Source: Thalia democratica (Eukaryota). Taken from it: a stretch of DNA of 64,000 bases. Below are positions 1-11,999 of the stretch, in pieces. Below the pieces are notes generated by a model. It worked only from the letters and a program-made list of their open reading frames with translations. It did no database searches and was not told where the DNA came from. The stretch spans positions 30,690,001 to 30,754,000 of the forward strand of contig OZ241826.1 of assembly GCA_965202585.1 (NCBI GenBank). Reading direction: 5' to 3'. The translations under genes were made by a program, and so were the position numbers. Within the stretch, counting starts at the first letter, position 1, and the number at the start of each line of letters is the position of its first letter.

Positions 1-813
1 ATGCTTAGTCATTCTTTGAAAATAATTATAAATTTTTTACTTCAATTAGTCGATAAAATCAAGTTCTTCAAAAAAAATTACAAAAATTAAAGGTAAGTTA
101 AATAAACCTCATTCAAAAAACTGTCCACAGATTTCCAAGATCCTTCAAACTATTACTAATTCACTATCCGAAATAAAACCTGACCTGAGTTTTCCGGAGC
201 TTTAAATAAAGGCCTTAGTATCACATTTGTGGGCTTTGGATGTTGGTGGTCCAACATCTAAAGCCTCAGTTGGGTCAGGGTGACTCACTGTGGGCAGATA
301 GTCGACCTGACATTTTTGTTCATACCTTTTCTGCAAGCGGGGTGACCTTCTAACAGGCTTATGTACAGAACCCAATGCAGGCTACTTATCATCAATACTA
401 TCTAAATTTGACATAATATCTTTAAACTACTTGTAAGTGCTAACTTGTAAATTACCAGTGGATTCTATCTACAAAATACTTAATGCTACTCTAAGCTATT
501 TTATATAAATTAGACAAGATAGTTTTGAGTGATGAATCTTTATATAAAACACAACAAGAAATACAAGCATATACAAAATTATAAATTACTATTATAACAA
601 TATACAACTGGAAGCTATTTAAATCTATATCAAAAGACTTAAAACATAAAAGTTAAAGAAAACTTTTAGTAAACAATAAACTGTAAAAGGTTTAAAAAAC
701 TATTAAACTTTAAACATGGCTAAATATTTTAATAATCAAACACCAATTGAAATATTAACTTTAAAACAAAATGATACTTACAATAAGCATTCAAAAAATA
801 GTTCAAGATATTT

Positions 814-1008
814 TGTTGCTTCCACCTGCACACAAAACAAACTGACTCACTGCTTACATGACACTGCCTGTCACGCCTTGACACCCTGTTGCATCAGTAT
901 TTAGTTTGAAACATTAAATCAGATGATTCTCATTGGCTTGTGCATTCAAGCGTATCTAACTCTAAATACCCTCCAAAACAATGCAAAGAATTTTGCACTT
1001 TCATTACA
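814..1008 (-). repeat. 3' LTR of CSD-carrying element
   Basis: Direct repeat of 2951-3150; TG/CA termini; PPT immediately adjacent. Confidence 0.8.
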
Positions 1009-1592
1009 CTTCCTCTTCTTCCTCTCCCTTTTGGAAGAGGATATTTACTCTACCTTCTTCTCTTCTGCTAGAAGAATTCTAAGATGGTGTTCACATAAAC
1101 CTAACTGGTAAACAGCATAAAAAACAAAATAAAAGGAACAATGTAAAGCATAAATAAATTCAAACTAGTCATTTTAAAGTCAATTTTAAAGTCAAATTGA
1201 AGTAGAATACTAATAAGAGAGAGAAAAAAGTCAAGTATTTGGCTTTCTCATATCAAGAAAATTTTATAAGAACATAAGTTTTATCAGAATAATTAACTCA
1301 GTAAAATTTTTTTAGACAACATAGTAAAAAAAACTGTTGTTAACATTTTAGTATTTACAAAATAAATAAAATAAAGTATCAATAAAATTACGGTTACAAT
1401 TCAAAATACTATTATCGCTTTTAACAACTTTAATAACAACTTTTAATTAAAATATTAAACTCAAAAAAATATTTGGCAATATAGTATCTATTGGTTAAGA
1501 TCAAAATATTTTCACAAAAAAGAAATATTTGTTAAGTCATATTGAAACATATATTAACTGTTATGTCTAACTAAACCCTGTAATACTATTAT

Positions 1593-2690
1593 TTACATTG
1601 GCCTTTCTAAAACTTTATTTCTTAATTTCTCAATTTTAAGTTTAATACTCTCAACATTTTCTTTAATTTTTAGACCTTCTTTAATCAACTCATCTTTTTC
1701 TGAAAGTAGTTTCAGAATTGCACTCTGAGGTTCAACCATTTTTTTTTCATTACTAAAAGGTTGATAGCCTGTAGAGCTAATTTTTAATAAATTCTTTGGA
1801 GAATCAGTATGGGTGCTTTCTTTTGCAAATTGTCTATCATCAGTTGCTTCAACCTAATGGGTTAATTGCTGTATTTATGTTATAACTGTTTTGCTCTTCT
1901 CTTTGCTGTTTGTCTCTTAACATTTTTGTTGAGGCCTCTTTTGCCTGTTAAACCTCTGGTTATAGCATGCCCACCTGTCTTGGGCATATTTGGAACCTTT
2001 AACTGGTTTGTTATTAGGACCTGTTACGTTCACAGCCTGTGGTAAATTTCTTCCACTCATTACAACATTAAATTGAACAGCCTCACTTTGCGCAAGTGAC
2101 CTTATCAACTTGTTAGGGTTGTTTTTGGTAATTTCAGTGTGATGAACAAAAACATCACTGTCCTTATTATCACAATGAATGAATCCATAGCCCTTTTTAA
2201 CATTAAACCACAAAACTCGGCCTCTTACTCCAATGTTATAGTTTTTCTTAGAGCTTTAAGTTTAAATTTTTGTACCTTTCTGGTTGAATGAACTGAAGGA
2301 GTTTTGTGGTTGCAAAATTACAGTGTTTTACTTTTCTATCGTTTTTTCCATGTGTTTTGGAAAAACTTTGGTTTTGATAGCTTTCATTTTGTTTGTTGTT
2401 ATAGAGGTCTCTGCCATTATATGTACATTGGTTGTCTCCCAGCCTATAGTACTCTTGATTAGGCTGGTTACTACTGTGGTTATTATAAAACAAATTTTGA
2501 TTTTGCTGCTGACCTACATTATTGTGTCTCTTACTTCTGTACCTACCATAGTATGGTTTGTGAGGTTCATATGAAATTTTTTTGGATTGCTCAATAACTC
2601 TCTGTTCTTCTATTTCAAATATTGACTCTGTGTGCCTTAGAAATTCCTCATACCTTAACCCAAAATGACAATTTACTGCTTTAGCCTTCT
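1593..2690 (-). pseudogene. Frameshifted ORF: gag-like segment, N/Q-rich linker, Y-box cold-shock domain, coiled-coil tail
   Basis: CSD translation KKNYNIGVRGRVLWFNVKKGYGFIHCDNKDSDVFVHHTEITKNNPNKLIRSL...AVNVTGPNNKPVKGSKYAQDR matches YBX RNP1 (GYGFI), RNP2 (VFVH), the NNP-K insert and the GSKYA-DR extension. Upstream frame reads KAKAVNCHFGLRYEEFLR... then NQ-rich sequence. Downstream reads ...LLSEKDELIKEGLKIKENVESIKLKIEKLRNKVLERPM*. Frameshifts near 2245 and near 1850-1920. The gag assignment is weak. Confidence 0.75.
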
Positions 2691-2718
2691 ATAAATTTTA
2701 AAAAATTAAAATACGTTC

Positions 2719-2761
2719 CAGGCACGTAGCTAGGTAAGTTTCGACAAATCTGCAGAAACGT
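2719..2761 (+). repeat. Terminal fragment of an interspersed repeat (CAGGCACGTAGC...CTGCAGAAACGT), second copy at 14567-14608
   Basis: Both loci start CAGGCACGTAGCT and contain ATCTGCAGAAACGT at the same spacing; no partner TIR found. Confidence 0.5.
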
Positions 2762-2950
2762 AAACATTTGTGCAAAAAAAAACTCTCTTTTCTTTCGATT
2801 ATTCAGCTTTTAAGACCTTGTTTCTTTAACTCCAGTTATTCGTTTATGCTTAGTTTTGCTTTCCTTAGAAATAATTTTATTTTTACGGTATTCTCTAGCA
2901 TTTTTAGTGTCGTAAATATTGATCAAATTGATTACATCTAAATCGTATGT

Positions 2951-3150
2951 TGTTGCTTCTAGCTGCACACAAAACAAACTGACTCACTGCTTACATGACA
3001 CTGCCTGTCACGCCTTGACGCCCCGTTGCATCATTATTTAGTTTGAAGCGTTAAATCAGATGATTCTCATTGGCTCGTGCATTCAAGCGTATCTAAATCT
3101 AAATACTCTCCAAAACAATGACAATGCAAGGAATTTTCACTGTCATTACA
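2951..3150 (-). repeat. 5' LTR of CSD-carrying element
   Basis: Direct repeat of 814-1008 with an extra 6-bp ACAATG duplication; left boundary may be 2948. Confidence 0.8.
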
Positions 3151-5451
3151 AGTCATATTGAGTCAAATTTTAGTTTTCATGAATTTCAAAATATCCTGAG
3201 TTGTCTTGAACGTGTGACAACTCTGCTAAAGGTAAGACTAAAGATAATAAATAGCATTATTGTATTAATTTAAAGTTATCTTATAATTACTAATGAAATT
3301 GACTTAAAAATATAAGCAGTAATTTTTAATAATCATGTGTAGATAGAGCGAAATTGACACAGTACTAATACATTTTTCTTAAGTAACCTTAAACAGGTCA
3401 GAGTTTGTTTTAAAATCTGGCAAAAAGTTACAAATAACTAAAGAAAAGTCAAAGAAAAATTATAATTTTAAATATCAACATCAAAATTTGTTTTTAAAAC
3501 ATCATAGTATACGAAATCTGGGTTTCTACTAAAACTAAATGTTTAATTGCAAAGTAATAAAAATATTAAAAGCTTGATTGTAGATAGAACTATTTTTACA
3601 AGAAACTAAGCGTAATTAAACTGTAATAACTAAAAATGAACTTTTATAAATTAAATTTGTACTTCTAGTTCACAAACAATCCAAACCCATCATTTTTTTT
3701 AATTCCACAGAAAACTTAATTTAAAAGCTTTGTACGATTTAGCAAGAACATTTCTTTGATAAAAAATATCTCATAAGTTATAAATTTATCTTAACATCAC
3801 AATAAGTTTTAATTTTAAATCTATCTGTTCAATGAAGTGTTAGGATATCTCTAGCAAAATCTGAAACTATAAACAATGTCTTTATTTATGACTTCATCAA
3901 TCATTATTTATAAAATTAGATGAAAAAGCGTAACCAAATATTTTAACTTATGTAAAGTTTCTGGTAAAAAAAAGTTTTAAATGAATATTCAAAATTTTTA
4001 CAGGGGAAGCAACGGCTCCAGGAAAACAGTCAAAATTTTCCAAAAAAGACAAATTTATTATATTAAATTAGTTGGTGCAGTTTTAAAGAGTGACAAACTT
4101 AGATCAACTATTAATAAAATAAGACTTTTAGTTTTCACTAGATAAGTTAAATTTTTACAAAACCTTCTATAAAAAGCTTATTTTATTGAACAGTGACATT
4201 GACCATGCCAGCAAATGGTTGCTACATGCTTGCAAACCTGTTTGTTAACTGAAGACTGCAAGTTTTTCGGTTTTCGCTGACTGATGAGTCTAATAACCAG
4301 TCTCAGTCTACAGAAAGCTTGTGATCTGATGATCGAATTGGTATGATCAAACCTCGAAGAACTCATTTATTTTACAGTTTACTAATTTGATTTTATAAAC
4401 TACATTACTTATTACTTAGACTTTAACTTAACTATATTAGATGCGATTATGAAAAGCTTCAAAGCAGTGATGCTAAACCAATGCAGAAATATTGCATAAA
4501 AATGCTAATGTTTCTGCACCAACCTAACACCAAATACTTATAAAAAGTTTCTTTTATTTTAATAAAAAACCAAGCTTAACTAATTATTGTAAGTGTTTGA
4601 GTCTTTGGACTCTTGGACTGAAAAATGACAAGCTTGTTTCTAAAAATAAATAAAACTAAAACTATAAAATTATTCAAAAAAGATTCTTTAAAGCCAAGAA
4701 CAAAATTACACTTTAAACATAAACTAAAAGTTAGTGAGAGAATGAATGCAAATTTAAATTTTTAATAGAATAGAAACAGAAGTTTTATAAATTCAATAAA
4801 AAAATAACAATTTTTAGTTATAATACAGTTTACAAAAACACTACAAAACACTTAAAAACCTTTTTGTAGTAATATTTGCAAAAATTAGAGTCTATTATAC
4901 TTGCAGCAGCCATTTGTGCTAAAATAAAAAGTTTATTTTTGATTGTAAAAAAATAAATTAAATACAGTTAACTACAGTTTGAATAAAACATTAGAACTTT
5001 TTATTGAAATAATTATACCCCAAAATGGGTAACTACTTCTATTTAGGGAAATACAACGTTAGTTTAATAGCAATTATCTGTCCTGTTTATTTTTTACTTT
5101 TGCCTACATTCTTACCTCAAAATACCAGATTCTTTTGGCTGTTTTATTTTTCAAGCTCATTTCATATGTTATTTTGACTGGAGGAATCATATTTGTCCTG
5201 GCTATAATAAGTAGGAATAATGACTTTGTATCATTAAAATAAGAAAAAAAATTAAAATAGTTTTAGCCAGCTCTTTACCTGAATTTTTTTTAACACCAAT
5301 GCTTTTATCTATTTTTTGCTAAATTTTACTACATTTTACCATAACTATAAGATAAAACTTTAGCACCATAAACTGATTAAATTTGTTGATTTAAATAACT
5401 ACTGTGACTACCTTGTATATTAAACAGCTTAATTACACTACAAAGTTCTAC

Positions 5452-5873
5452 CAGGGTTGCCACTAATTTTTGAGTGATTTCTTTATTGTTTTCCAAATTT
5501 TCTCCAGTTTATTCAAGGTACACATTTTTGGTCTATTTTTAGTTTAAGGTTAAGTTAAAGGTAAAAGAACTATGTAAAAAAGTATTACAACATTGAAAAT
5601 ATAATGTAAAGGTGCTTTAAGAGTAGATTTAAAAATAAAAACATTTCAATTATGACAAAACGTAGTTATCTAAATGATAGATTTTTCGCGTCAAATCAAA
5701 GTTTTACTGCTTGCCTTGTACAAATTGTTTAAAATTCCAGGCTTTTCTAGATTTTTCAGTGATGTTTGTTAAAAATTCTAGGTTTTTCTAGATTTTTTCA
5801 AAATTTCTAGGTTTTTTTAGCATAAATTGTCAAATTCTAGATTTTTATAAACTTCCAGGTTTTTAAAACCCTG
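5452..5873. mobile_element. Degenerate MITE, CAGGGTTGCCA family (hAT-like)
   Basis: Starts CAGGGTTGCCAC, ends AAAACCCTG; internal TTCCAGG/TTCTAG repeats; related copy at 35078-35489. TSD not preserved. Confidence 0.55.
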
Positions 5874-8590
5874 TTTAACTAACAGTATTGTTAAAACAAA
5901 AAAAAATTAAGTGTTCATGATTTTTTGATCATCAATATCCTATTATTTTGAAAACATTTAAATATCTACAGCTCTAAGTGCTACCTACACATTCCACAGC
6001 TAAGACTGCTTATGGTTTAATTACCTATTATATTTTCTACCTGGATTAGTTAACTATTATCTACTAAATTCTATGCTGTAATACAGTGTTCAGTAAACAT
6101 TAAGTGATTTGCTCACAAAGGCTTTAAAAATTTACACTTGGCTGAGCAATTTCTATGATTCGAAATTTTAAATAAGCAGGGCTATAATTTTATTTTTGTA
6201 AAAAACATTAAGTCATTCGTATTTCTTGAAAGTAGTTGCAGCGATTTAGTGGTTTAAACTTAAACAACGTTATTAAATTTCAAGAAAATGTTCAATTAAA
6301 CCAAAGTGAACTAAAATCTTTGTGAATTCAGGTTATATATTTCTACAAATGACAAATTATTAAAACTGATCAAAAGTTAGTTCATAAGAACCTAAAATTC
6401 CATGATCGAGTAATTTTTTTTAATTGTTTGCAATCTAGCAGGAAGGAAAGTATGTGTGATTAAAAGAAAGAACTAAAAAAAAAGAACTAAAATATAACAA
6501 AAAATGTGAAAAACTAATTGATAATATTAACAAATAATAAAATTGTTGTATATCACTTACAATATTTAAATTCTTAAAATTAATTAAATTCACATTAATC
6601 ACATTAATTAAAAACCTTTTAACATTTTGCAAACTAGCTAAAGATTTTAAATAAATAAGCAAAAACTCTTATAGGTAAGGTTTTGTTTTTGCAAAACTGT
6701 TAATTAAAAATAACTATATTTTATCGTTTAATAAGCAATCTATATAAACGGGTGTTTTGAAGAATATAACTAAAAATATATAACTAATTTGTCTCCGATT
6801 ATAATTTGCAAATTTATCTACAAAATATTTTTTTCAACGTAGCTTCTTGTTTAAATACATTATAAAAACTTAAAGTATTATTTTCCTAAACTAACAGGGT
6901 TGCCAGAACGCTGTTATTTCTTTGTTAACTGAATAGTGAGCACTTTAAAAAGCCTTGGTTTTTTAACTTTTAATGTCAAGCTTGAATTAATCTTTTTAAC
7001 AAATAAATCCAATGTTGATCTTACTGTAATAGCACTACTGAATTCTGCACAAAAAGTTGGTAAGTAGTAAGCTACTTAAAAAAATATGTACACTTTTCAA
7101 AATTTAAGCAAGTGTTTGATGGGAGTGTAAAAGCTACACATACTGTCAGTTTTCTTATTATTAAATATTGGTTTTATATTATAGTACATTAGGAAAGAGT
7201 TTTACTAGCTATGTACACTAGTGGTTTAAGATGTAATCGATAAAAATGTTCGAGCTTAAACTTTTTGATGGGTTCTTTATAAAAAAAAGTTTAAATGTAG
7301 AATAAATTTTGTAAACTTCGATACGCTTAATTTTTTATTGAATACTCTTAGATTTTTGAATGTGTTTAAATTTGCAAACCGTCGAAAAACTATTATTTGG
7401 TTTTAATTGTTTTTCTGTTTAATAATGTTGAAACGAAAAACTATGAAAATTATGTTGAAGCTGAACAAGCTACTAAAGTTATATTACAAAATTTGTTAAC
7501 GACTGTTTACTTCACAAACTGTGTGAAATACATACAATACAGATTATATATTAAATAAACAGGTTTTAAATTTTTTAAAAAGGTAGCTGTAAACATAAAT
7601 ACTAAATTATTAGAGTAATATTTATAAAGCAGTTATTATTTATCTCAAATAAACCACAAGTAAACTAAATTAAACTGTTTACTCTAAATACATACAATAA
7701 AGTATATCATTACACGAAAAACAACTTAAACTAATTTCATAACGTAGCTTAAAAAGTTTACGATAAATTGACAAAAAAATAAGGAAAGTATTGATAAACA
7801 AATTAACCACTTGTTTTGAATAAATACACAAAAATGGTTATTAGTATAAAATTCAAACTATTTCGTATAAAAACTAATTTAGTTACAGTTTTTTCAAGTT
7901 TAAGAAAAAAATCTATAATTAAAGAGTATTTTTATACATATATTTTACAGATTTTAATCATTGTTTATAATTTGATGTTAGTATTAAACAAATACTACTC
8001 ACACACATAGTAAGTCTACAAACATAGTAAAACTTACTAAAAAAAGTAAAAGATTAAGATATTAATCAAACAAAAGAAAAGTTCATCACCTTTAAAGCTT
8101 TTTGTTTTTTTTAAACGTAATAACTTAAAATAGCTTATGCAGCAGTTGTTTGGTTAGAGTTACTTATTTTACAGTTTTAAAATAAAGTTTTTGAAAAATT
8201 TAATAAACTACTTGAATAAAAAGGTTACAGATAAAACTTGAAATTAGTTTTTGTTTGTCAAGTTTTGTGCATCATCTTATTTAAAATAGATTAATAGAAA
8301 CAAGTTTGACTAAATGCTTCCTAGCTTTTAAATGTACATTACAAACGCGTACGGTGAAAAATCAAGTAAAAACCTCATGTCTAATGATAAACTTTTAAGC
8401 ACCAGTGTTCGGCAAAATCTAAGAGAAGCAAAAATTTTACGCTGTTTTAGTTGTAGTTCGTTGCTTACTTAAACATTTAAAAGTGTTAACTAAACTTTAC
8501 TTTTATATACAATTGAAATTGTATTCTAACTACTTTATGCAACTTTTATTAACTACTCTTAAACAACTAAAACCATATTGTAATTAAAAA

Positions 8591-9154
8591 CTAAAAAAAA
8601 ATTATTTTAAAATCAAAACTTATTTCAATAGAACTGTTGTTGTTGTTTCTTCTTCTTTTAAGAACACACAAGGTAATAATTGTTATTAACACCATAAGAA
8701 ATAGAACCGCTAAAACTACTAGACAAATAACAAGTGTTTTGTTGTTTGATGTGTTCATGATTTGTGTTATGGCAGTCATTGTAGTATAATTATCACTTAA
8801 ATTTTTTTTTCTCACACAGACTTTCAGTTTTCAATGCATAATACATATTGCTTTCACATATTTCTTGAATAATCACAGAATTGAAAGGTTTCCTTAGCAA
8901 TTCATAGCATTCAGATGTTGAGTTTAGTTTAACTTTTTTATTAAAAAGCTTGAGATTACTAAAATTAAAATCAAAATACTTTTTTTTCACAAAATCAACT
9001 TCTTTTTCTGACAAAATAGCTAGTTTGTAACCTTGGTCTAAATAAGAAACTTTAGCTCCATTTAAGTGTTTCTTTTCTTTTAATCACAAGATAGGCTTTC
9101 GAGCCATATTTAAATTTAATGAAATCCGACATAATTATAGCTCTTACTATGTTC
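8591..9154 (-). pseudogene. Divergent C-type-lectin-like domain plus transmembrane receptor exon with two +1 frameshifts
   Basis: Acceptor TTTTATAACAG at 9155. Reading ...KYGSKAYLVIKRKETL / GAKVSYLDQGYKLAILSEKE...ECYELL...EICES...ESLCEK / NLSDNYTTMTA...TLVICLVVLAVLFLMVLITIITLCVL KRRR. CTLD-like N- and C-terminal motifs, a 20+ residue hydrophobic helix and a basic stop-transfer. Breaks fall in A runs at about 9061-9063 and 8802-8810. Confidence 0.6.
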
Positions 9155-11506
9155 CTGTTATAAAAATTTAATTCTTTACTCAAGCTTTTGATTTTAATTA
9201 TCAATACTTAGAAATTATATAGCAGGGTAATTTATTTTAAACCTTGAGTAAGTTACTAAAGTGCAATAAAACAACAGTCAAAATTGCACTTTTATTCTAC
9301 AATATTAGATAGCTAATACGACTATTGTAGCTAAACTTCTATATTATAATTTTTGTTTTAATTTTAAAAAGTATTGGCAATATTTGCCTAAACTTTGAAT
9401 TAAGTGTTAGTTAAAGAATAAAAATAAAATTTATTGTGTCTATTACACAAAGCTATATGTTGTGTTAAAACTTAAAAAAAATTCAACTCAAACAATTTTT
9501 TAGCACTTTTTTATCTTACGCTTTTCTTAATAACAATAAATATTTTGTGTTGTTTATAGAAAACAAAGTTGCGATGTTAAAGTATTATACACTAACTTTT
9601 TAAAACACTTTTTTTTTAATTTCAAAATACATTAACCAAAAATATGATTTAAATATTAATTAAAAATATAACTACATAATAATCTTAAACATAAAACAGC
9701 AACTAAATAAGTAATTATTTTTAATAATAAAGAAAATCAGCAATAAACTGTTGTACTTAATTAAAAAGTTTCTGTGAGTTTTTTTGTTAAAATTATAATT
9801 AATGTTAAATATGTAGCGTCATTTAGCGGTTATAGAAAAAAGTTCAAGTTTTCATACCTATTTTGATGTACTTTTTTTAAAATATTAAAATGCATAACAA
9901 CTTAAAATATATATAAAAAATAAATGTTGATAGTAATTCTCTTGTTAGATTAAATTTTAATTTAATTTTTTTATTATAAAATAGTAAAATATAAAACACC
10001 CTTCAACGATAGCTGTGGTTTACAAAATTATTTTTCTTTACAATTTTTATTCTCAATTACAATTGCTAACTATATATGTTTATTACTTAATTTATACTTA
10101 AAGTATTTCTTATTTATTTCCGTTTAAAATCATTAAAAACACTTGCTATTTTAATTCTTCAATTTTTAATTTTTAAATTTTCAAAACGTGCGAGTATATA
10201 TTCAAAAAAAAAACCTGAACTAATTAATTAAATCTAGTTTTTTTAGCAACCTTAGTCTAAGCAAAAAACCAGTAGACATTCTCTTAAAGCATAAACTATT
10301 TCAAAACACAATTCAATGTTTTAGTTACAAGTACTCGAAATTTGTTTCAAAATTTGTGTTTAATGTTAACAAAACCTTAAGCAATAAATTAATCTTACTA
10401 TTTACATATCAAAAAACCTAGTCATAGTTTTTTTACTTTGTGTTAGATAAAAAGATACATATAAGGTTAACATTTACTGTGAATACCAACTACTTCTTAT
10501 AATAAGTTTACATATATACAATTCTAATATATTTTTAGTTTATAATAGCAATGATATTTTTAGTAAACAAACTGTTAAAGTTTGTGGCAGCTTTCCGACT
10601 TTTCAGCTTTTTTGATACATAAAACAAATTTTTTTATACTTTTACATATTAAACTATTTGTATATGAACTAGATAAAAAATGTTTGTATATTCTAGTTTA
10701 CATGCAACTGCTAATAAAAGTTAAATTTAGCTTTTAAAAAGAAAGTAGCCAAGGTTTTGAATTTATAACTTAAAACAAAATGAATGAAATTAACAAATAC
10801 AAAACATAGAGCAAACTAAGTGGTTATTGTTTAAATTATACTTCAATATACATAATAAAATAAAATTGATGATAAACAAATAACATTAAATAACTTGTTC
10901 AGCTTTAAAGCATTTTTTACATTTTACAACTATAGTAATATATTCAAAAAACTTGTTAGTTAAGTTATTTTAGGATTAGAAATTCAACTATTTTAAATAC
11001 ATTTATTTTATTCTTGCAAAATATAATCTCTATTCTTAACCACAATTACATATGAGTATAGTATATACACATATAAACCTTAGATTTAGCAACTAGTAAA
11101 TAAGATATTTACTTTTTTTAGTAATTTTATTGATAAACTTATATGATTAAAATCTTAAGTACATGGCTGATAATTTTTGTTCCAAACAAATGTTTTAACA
11201 GGTATGAATATTTTGATAAATTCTTAGGGGATTCTTTAAAGTTTTGGTTTTTAAATAATAGCATTTATTTTTGCTTTGAAACATTTATATCAAAACAATC
11301 TTAAACCTATTTTAGTGTGATTTGTGACCAGTGTGTATTTTTGATGAGATGTAGAAAAAAAAATTACTGTAGTTAATAAATTTATTTTTTAAAACAAAAA
11401 ATACCTTGCTTAATTGGTGAATAACGTTTTAGTTTAACTAGTTTGATTATTTTAATTTAATACAACTTTTGTGACAGGAAGTTTATTACACAACTGTAAA
11501 TAATAT

Positions 11507-11999
11507 TTAGTTACAAGTTGTATTGTTAGTAGACGGGTTTAAACAAATAAACTCATTTACTATTGGATAGCAAGGTCCGTTGTAGTTAGTGTGCATTCCT
11601 CTTACGCTTTCTGGATAAGTACCAAAGTAAGTATTCCAACAAGCAGGTAGTTTACCTTTGCTATTGAAAACGTAATGAAATGAACCGTGAACTTTTTCGT
11701 CATAAACAACACCGTTTGTGAACCATCTCGTTTCAGGATCGATCATTTCCAATCCAACAAAATAGCTTCTTCCAATGCCAATGTTTGTACAACCGCTGGC
11801 AAACTTGTGCAGGGCTTCCAAGTCAGCCCTGTTTGTTATTGGAGCTAAAATTCCGCCTTCCTTTTTGCAAAACTTTTTAGCTTCTTTTCTTGTCACCATC
11901 TTTTCCGGGTAAAAAGTAAACTTACCGCTGGTAGTTGTAACTGATGTGTCATCACAGTGTTTGTTTGCAGTCCATTTAGTACGACGACCCATATTATTG
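11507..11999 (-). CDS. C-type lectin-like domain protein (single large exon; 5' exon not located)
   Basis: 161-aa ORF with KFTFY...EAKKFCKKEGGILAPI, YFVGL, C...C...FICL pattern. Acceptor TTTTTTTTTCAG at 12000-12001. No EPN/QPD or WND calcium motifs. Confidence 0.8.

Larger units (their letters stand above)
814..3150 (-). mobile_element. Non-autonomous LTR retroelement (about 2.3 kb, no pol) carrying a Y-box-type cold-shock domain
   Basis: Direct repeats 814-1008 and 2951-3150 with TG...CA ends (about 12 substitutions and 2 indels). A polypurine tract on the minus strand (AAAAGGGAGAGGAAGAAGAGGAAG, 1009-1032) abuts the 814-1008 copy, making it the 3' LTR. No RT, RNase H or integrase motifs seen; no clean TSD or tRNA-type PBS found. 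Confidence 0.8.

Noticed and set aside
1-500. Minus-strand coding-like remnant (…VRRSPRLQKRY…)
   Set aside because: Multiple stops, no diagnostic motif, truncated by the window edge; may be a retroelement tail but cannot be supported.
716-1111. ORFs 716-904 and 923-1111
   Set aside because: They overlap the LTR and PPT and have no protein-like features.
2284-2574. Hydrophobic 96-aa plus-strand ORF resembling a membrane protein
   Set aside because: Antisense shadow of the N/Q-rich minus-strand frame.
2920-2950. Self-priming or tRNA PBS for the CSD element
   Set aside because: No TGG start; its ATCTAAATC similarity to the LTR is direct, not inverted.
4178-4366. 62-aa ORF in a GC-richer patch
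   Set aside because: No recognisable motif in any frame.
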